Positions 59,670 through 64,000 of a stretch of DNA of 64,000 nucleotides are shown piece after piece; positions within the stretch are counted from its first letter, which is position 1, and the number at the start of each line of letters is the position of its first letter. Below the pieces are notes generated by a model. The model worked only from the letters and a program-made list of their open reading frames with translations, was not told the DNA's origin and searched no databases. Source of the DNA: an uncultured Bifidobacteriaceae bacterium (lineage in GTDB: Bacteria > Verrucomicrobiota > Verrucomicrobiia > Limisphaerales > UBA11358); assembly GCA_964532525.1 (NCBI GenBank), contig CAZHIM010000012.1:15459-79458 (forward strand), read 5' to 3'. The translations under genes and the position numbers were made by a program.

Positions 59670-60413
59670 CTATTGCCTGGCCCCGCGCCGGCGGAAAGCC
59701 ACCAGCAGGGCGCCCGCGCCGCTGGCAAGAAAGGCGACCGTGGACGGTTCCGGAACCGCTGTGATATCGCGGAGTTCCATCAGGTTGACCTGGGCGGACG
59801 GACCAATGTCGGCGCCGCCAAACGCGTTCAGCGTAAGCGTCTCCGTTCCGGTGCTGTCGGCCACAAATGAGCCGAGAACAAATTGTCCGGGCCCGGTGCC
59901 GCCGGCGCCAGTTCCATAAAGCAATGCGGCCGAAGTGTTGGCGCCGCCGGTGAGGGTTTCACTCCGTTCGGCGGTCACGCTGTTGCGCGCATCGTTGACC
60001 CAGAACTCAAGCTGATAGGTGTCTCCAGCCGTCATGCCGCCCCACGTCAGTGAAATGGATGAACCATAACTGTAGATCGCGGTTTGCAAAAGGTAGTTGT
60101 AGTTGGCATCCGCAGTATTCGGGTTGCCATAACTGCCATAGCGGTCATCGAGCCCCGAATTGCTTACCCAGGAGCCAAATGTACCGCTGCCGTATGCGGC
60201 AAAAACCACGCCGTTCACCGGATAGTTGTCGGAACGGTTGTTGCCGCCCCAATCATCGCCGGGGCCCCACGTGCCTACCAGCGTTCCTTCGGTGCTCACG
60301 TCGGAAGTTCCGGAGATGGTGGATGGGGTTTGCCAATCAATATTTGCATTTTGCGCATTGGCGGCAGCGGCGAGCATGCACGCCAGAAACGCAGAGGGTA
60401 GGGCTGTTTTCAT
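59670..60413 (-). CDS. PEP-CTERM sorting domain secreted protein
   Basis: Signal peptide MKTALPSAFLACMLAAAANA; C-terminal VPEPSTVAFLASGAGALLVAFRRR. Confidence 0.92.
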   Translation of the reverse strand: MKTALPSAFLACMLAAAANAQNANIDWQTPSTISGTSDVSTEGTLVGTWGPGDDWGGNNRSDNYPVNGVVFAAYGSGTFGSWVSNSGLDDRYGSYGNPNTADANYNYLLQTAIYSYGSSISLTWGGMTAGDTYQLEFWVNDARNSVTAERSETLTGGANTSAALLYGTGAGGTGPGQFVLGSFVADSTGTETLTLNAFGGADIGPSAQVNLMELRDITAVPEPSTVAFLASGAGALLVAFRRRGARQ

Positions 60414-60612
60414 GGGTGGTTGGAGGTATGTTTCGTTGACTGTTGGTTTCGTTTTGTTTTTCTGTTTCCTATCAGCAAGCATGGCTAAATCGTGATCTTC
60501 GCCCGCGTGGCTATAACGCCGCATGAGTGATTTAGTCACATAATATCATTGAAAACGCGGGTCTCCAATGAACTATTTGTTAAACATAATGACGTTTTTG
60601 GTCATTAAGGGG

Positions 60613-60755
60613 TCTGTGCTACAATAGTGAAAGTTCACGTAATCTCGGCAAAGATTTTTGCGCGAACGCGAAACGCCTTTTTTCCATCCTCCATCTTCCA
60701 TCCTCTGTGGTTGCGGCGCCACCCGCGCTAGGTTTATCTGCGTCCATCTGTGGTT
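60613..60755 (-). repeat. ~140-bp dispersed repeat, copy 2
   Basis: Reverse complement of 5016-5154. Confidence 0.85.
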
Positions 60756-60916
60756 GAACCGAATCAATCCTGCCGTTTTAATTGCGCCCGAGCCGGCCCG
60801 CGGGGCAAATGCCATCGCCCGCCGGAACCGTGGTTGCTACGCTCGCATGATGATCGCTTTGGCCGTCGCTCTTGATTTGATGTTACACACCAATTCCGGG
60901 CTTTAGTTGGGACAAT

Positions 60917-61175
60917 TTGCGGCGGCTCGCGCCCGGAGAGTCCAAGATTCCGCGGCTCCGGGGGGATTTTTTGTGGAAGCAATTTTACGAAGCCCGCCAG
61001 GCGGGCAAGGATATGGTGTACGTGGGGATGTTCGATGAAGTGGACGGGGGCACGGCCATTATCAATGGTCGGCCCACCTCCGGCCCAAGGTTATTTCACG
61101 ACCTACGCGGGGATGCCAACGGACTGGTATTTATGCCTGACTGCCGAAGGAGCAAAGGTGATCCGGGGCGAATGA
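60917..61175 (+). pseudogene. Frameshifted C-terminal fragment of a GH71/99-like glycoside hydrolase
   Basis: KIPRLRGDFLWKQFY...MVYVGMFDEVDGGTAI, then in another frame YFTTYAGMPTDWYLCLTAEG; no N-terminus. Confidence 0.55.
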
Positions 61176-61221
61176 CCGAACCAGCGCGGTGTACCAATCG
61201 TGCCCTGAGTCACTCGATCGA

Positions 61222-61935
61222 TCACAGTTCGCTTGAATGAGCTGAAGCATGAGCACCAGCGAGAATCGGTTCCTTCGGACCAAGAAACTTGGGGCCGCGG
61301 TGCAACACGTATAAGTCCACCGCGCACCACGACCGCGCCAGTTGCTCGCGAACTTCGGCCCGCACCGACCAGTTCTTTAAGCCCACATCCGGCGCGGCAA
61401 AAGCGATGGCGTCCAAGCCGTGCTGGCGGGCGATCCAGAGGGCGCGCGGACAATGGAAATCCTCGGAAATAATCGTGCATTTCGACAATCCAAAAACCTC
61501 TTTGGCACGCACCACGGAATCCAGCGTGCGAAAGCCCGCGTAGTCACAGGTAATCGCGCCGGCTGGCACGCCGGCGGCGATCAGCGCGTTGCGCATGTCA
61601 TCCGGCTCGTCGTAGCTCGCAATGTGATTGTCGCCGCTGACCAGCAAATGGCGCACTTTGCCCGCGCGATACAGGGCCGCGGCAGCCTCGATGCGCTGGT
61701 TGAAATGCAAATTGTCGTTTCCGTGGCGCGTTTCCTTGCTGGTGCCCAAGACGACGCCGACTTGGCGCCCGGGCACGGCGGCGACGGAACGGAACACGCG
61801 GCCATTGGCCGCCTGTCTGCAGGCATGGTCAACGGAGAGCATCAATCCAACGGCGGCGAGCGCAGCCGCCGTCAGGCCGGCGGCAAGGCTGATGCGGTGT
61901 GCACCCAGCCGGCGAAAAATTTTAGAGTTTTTCAT
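61222..61935 (-). CDS. sanA: SanA/YdcF (DUF218) family protein
   Basis: VVLGTSK, LLVSGDN, CDYAGFRTLDSVVRAKEVFG, FHCPRAL, REQLAR. Confidence 0.9.
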   Translation of the reverse strand: MKNSKIFRRLGAHRISLAAGLTAAALAAVGLMLSVDHACRQAANGRVFRSVAAVPGRQVGVVLGTSKETRHGNDNLHFNQRIEAAAALYRAGKVRHLLVSGDNHIASYDEPDDMRNALIAAGVPAGAITCDYAGFRTLDSVVRAKEVFGLSKCTIISEDFHCPRALWIARQHGLDAIAFAAPDVGLKNWSVRAEVREQLARSWCAVDLYVLHRGPKFLGPKEPILAGAHASAHSSEL

Positions 61936-61973
61936 AGGTACCAGGACATTATTGGAGCAGCCGGTGCCGTGCG

Positions 61974-62633
61974 TTACGGCGACGATTTTGGCGATGGCAG
62001 GTCTTTAACCAATTGCCGAAGTCCGGCCAGCGTGCCGGCCGAAATAAACCTCGCTTTCAGCGCACAGTCCGCGGAATGGATCGTGTAACCGAACCCGCCA
62101 GGCATGGTGTCGTTTATCTGGACGTTGGAAACCTTAAAGGCCAGGGGCTGGATGATGAAGTGCTGTCCGGATTGGGCCACATAGTAATAATTGCCAATGA
62201 CCATTTTGCGGGCGCCGGTATAAGGATGCGAAAACCAACCCTTTTTAGGCAGTTTGATGTTTGCCGGCGGAGGGATTAACGGCCCCAAATCCACAACATG
62301 TTCGCCAGTCAGGGAGAAGTTGGCGGCCCTGGCGCTGGGAACCGTGAAGCCAACCAACAAAATGAGCTCGCCAGAATTGTCATCCACCGGCTCTCCCAAA
62401 GTTATGGAATAGGAGGTCAGGCCGGAACCCCGCGCATAATCCTTGAAAAGCGGGTGGCCATCCGGGCCGGTGTCTGAAACCTTGTCCGTGGCGTCTTCTT
62501 TGGCGTCACAGAATGATCCCGACAAGCCCAGACTCCGCCAATCCGCGCCCTTGGCGGAAGAAACTGTCAGCACCAAAGCGGTCACCAATCCAATCAACAG
62601 TTTGAACGCCGAATTTGGTTTTAAGATGCACAT
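61974..62633 (-). CDS. Hypothetical secreted protein, lower GC
   Basis: Signal-peptide-like N-terminus (LLIGLVTALVLTVSSAKG); no family recognised. Confidence 0.55.
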   Translation of the reverse strand: MCILKPNSAFKLLIGLVTALVLTVSSAKGADWRSLGLSGSFCDAKEDATDKVSDTGPDGHPLFKDYARGSGLTSYSITLGEPVDDNSGELILLVGFTVPSARAANFSLTGEHVVDLGPLIPPPANIKLPKKGWFSHPYTGARKMVIGNYYYVAQSGQHFIIQPLAFKVSNVQINDTMPGGFGYTIHSADCALKARFISAGTLAGLRQLVKDLPSPKSSP

Positions 62634-63266
62634 TGTTTTCAAATCGTAATTTCACTCTGGCCTTGCAGGCCATGCAGCCACACTATGCACAAAGATCAAT
62701 ATGTCAATTCCCACCCGGCCAAAACTTGTCGGAAATCCCTTCGTTTCCGTTATTTCGTTGCGCTGGCGCCTCTTCAATAATTTTGCGAAAATTCGTGTTG
62801 ATTCGTGTCACGCCTTGTCTTTAAATCGGTGACCCTGGTTCTCCCCTGCCCCACCCACTGTTAGCGGCTAACGAAAAATCGTAAAAAAATCGCTTTTACC
62901 GTAAGCGGCTAACGTGACAGACCCTGCCACCGTGATAAAACGGACCCTGGCGACCCCGCAGGCCGTCCATTATGGAACTACATAATGCCAACCGTTCCTG
63001 GCGCCTCGCCGCCAGCCCAGACCGGCCGACGCCGACCCGCACTCTCCTTGTGTCGCCAGTCGCCCCATTTCGCGCCCGTTGCCCCAGCCCCGAAACCGGC
63101 CCCGCCGCGAATTTTGCTGTATCGCTAAACATTGGCGTTTTACAAAATCATTAAACCTGCTCAAACCTAATCAAACCCAAAAAAAGATTTTGGCAATCGG
63201 GGTCGCGCCCGGCGCTCCGCACCGATCCGGGCCAGAGCCGGCCCGGCGGCCTTTTGCGGTTTAAAA

Positions 63267-63298
63267 ATCTGTGTCCATCCGTGTCCATCTGTGGTTAA
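63267..63298 (-). repeat. AACCACAGATGGACACGGATGGACACAGAT repeat
   Basis: Matches the 5' end of the 140-bp repeat; sits just upstream of gatB. Confidence 0.7.
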
Positions 63299-63311
63299 AT
63301 TTTCCCGCAAA

Positions 63312-64000
63312 ATGGAATACGAAGCCGTCATCGGGCTGGAAACGCACGTCCAGCTCAAAACGAAATCCAAAATGTGGTGCGGTTGCGCCAACACCTTCGG
63401 CGCCGAACCCAACACCAACGTCTGCCCCGTTTGCCTCGGCCTGCCCGGCGCCCTCCCCGTGCCCAACGACGAGGCCCTCCGGCTCACCGTCCTCACCGGC
63501 CTGCTCCTCAATTGCACCATCCCCCGCTTCGCCAAGTTCGACCGCAAAAGCTATTTCTACCCGGACATGGCGAAGAATTACCAGCTCACGCAGTACGACC
63601 GCCCCTCCACCGCCAACGGCTTCCTGGAATTTGAATTCAACGGCGGCCTCGCCCGCGTCCGCATCACCCGCGCCCACCTGGAAGAGGACGTCGGCAAAAA
63701 CACCCACTTCGACGGCAGCAGCGGCGTGGATTTCAACCGCGCCGGCGTGCCCCTGCTGGAGATCGTCTCCGAGCCCGACCTCACCAGCGCCGACATGGCC
63801 TACGAATATCTCAACGCCCTCAAGGAAATTCTCATCTACGGCGGCATTAGCGATTGCGACATGGAAAAGGGCATGGTGCGTTGCGACGTCAACGTCTCCG
63901 TGCGCCCCGTCGGCACCCAGCCCCTCGGCGCCAAGATCGAGATCAAAAACATGAACAGCTTTTCCGGCGTGCGCCGCGCGCTGGAATACGAGATCCCGCG
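63312..64000 (+). CDS. gatB: Asp/Glu-tRNA amidotransferase subunit B, 3' partial
   Basis: MEYEAVIGLETHVQLKTKSKMWC, FDRKSYFYPD, RAHLEEDVGK, DFNRAGVPLLEIVSEPD, RCDVNVSVRP. Confidence 0.97.
   Translation, partial: MEYEAVIGLETHVQLKTKSKMWCGCANTFGAEPNTNVCPVCLGLPGALPVPNDEALRLTVLTGLLLNCTIPRFAKFDRKSYFYPDMAKNYQLTQYDRPSTANGFLEFEFNGGLARVRITRAHLEEDVGKNTHFDGSSGVDFNRAGVPLLEIVSEPDLTSADMAYEYLNALKEILIYGGISDCDMEKGMVRCDVNVSVRPVGTQPLGAKIEIKNMNSFSGVRRALEYEIP

Noticed and set aside
336-63954. Many long antisense or alternate-frame ORFs (e.g. 11491-14493, 14542-16599, 16603-18798, 34799-36655, 44488-46728, 55932-57806)
   Set aside because: Shadow ORFs of GC-rich genes; they overlap well-supported CDSs and have no family motifs.

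Overview
GC-rich bacterial chromosomal window. Gene content and the intergenic repeat families suggest Verrucomicrobiota, probably subdivision 3 / Limisphaerales-like (inference). Order: secreted CAZymes (GH128-like multidomain, GH29, GH44) and a standalone ATP-grasp-like gene; two large orphan sensor kinases; a metal-binding protein-cusCBA heavy-metal efflux operon; GH9-ThuA and a two-domain redoxin; a 5'-truncated DUF4143 ATPase and a SpoVK/CbbX-like AAA ATPase; an N-terminal-half-only carB; a TM1266-like regulator with hydG; DUF3516 helicase, TMTC-like TPR protein and gdhA; a GreA-like/kinase/sigma54-activator module; lptD, ribBA, dedA and gatA; CHASE3, TetR-RND, a PEP-CTERM protein and decayed genes; then gatB (partial). 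No rRNA, tRNA, CRISPR array, integrase or intact transposase was seen. Most notable: (i) a consensus sigma54 promoter plus upstream palindrome driving an unannotated 57-aa ORF right after the NtrC-family activator gene; (ii) several REP-like repeat families, which appear to sit in-frame inside cusB and cusA; (iii) a split carB; (iv) hydG without hydE/F and with a long structured leader; (v) a shared C-terminal domain on secreted enzymes that may be a sorting signal. All calls are from motif recognition by eye; no searches were run.
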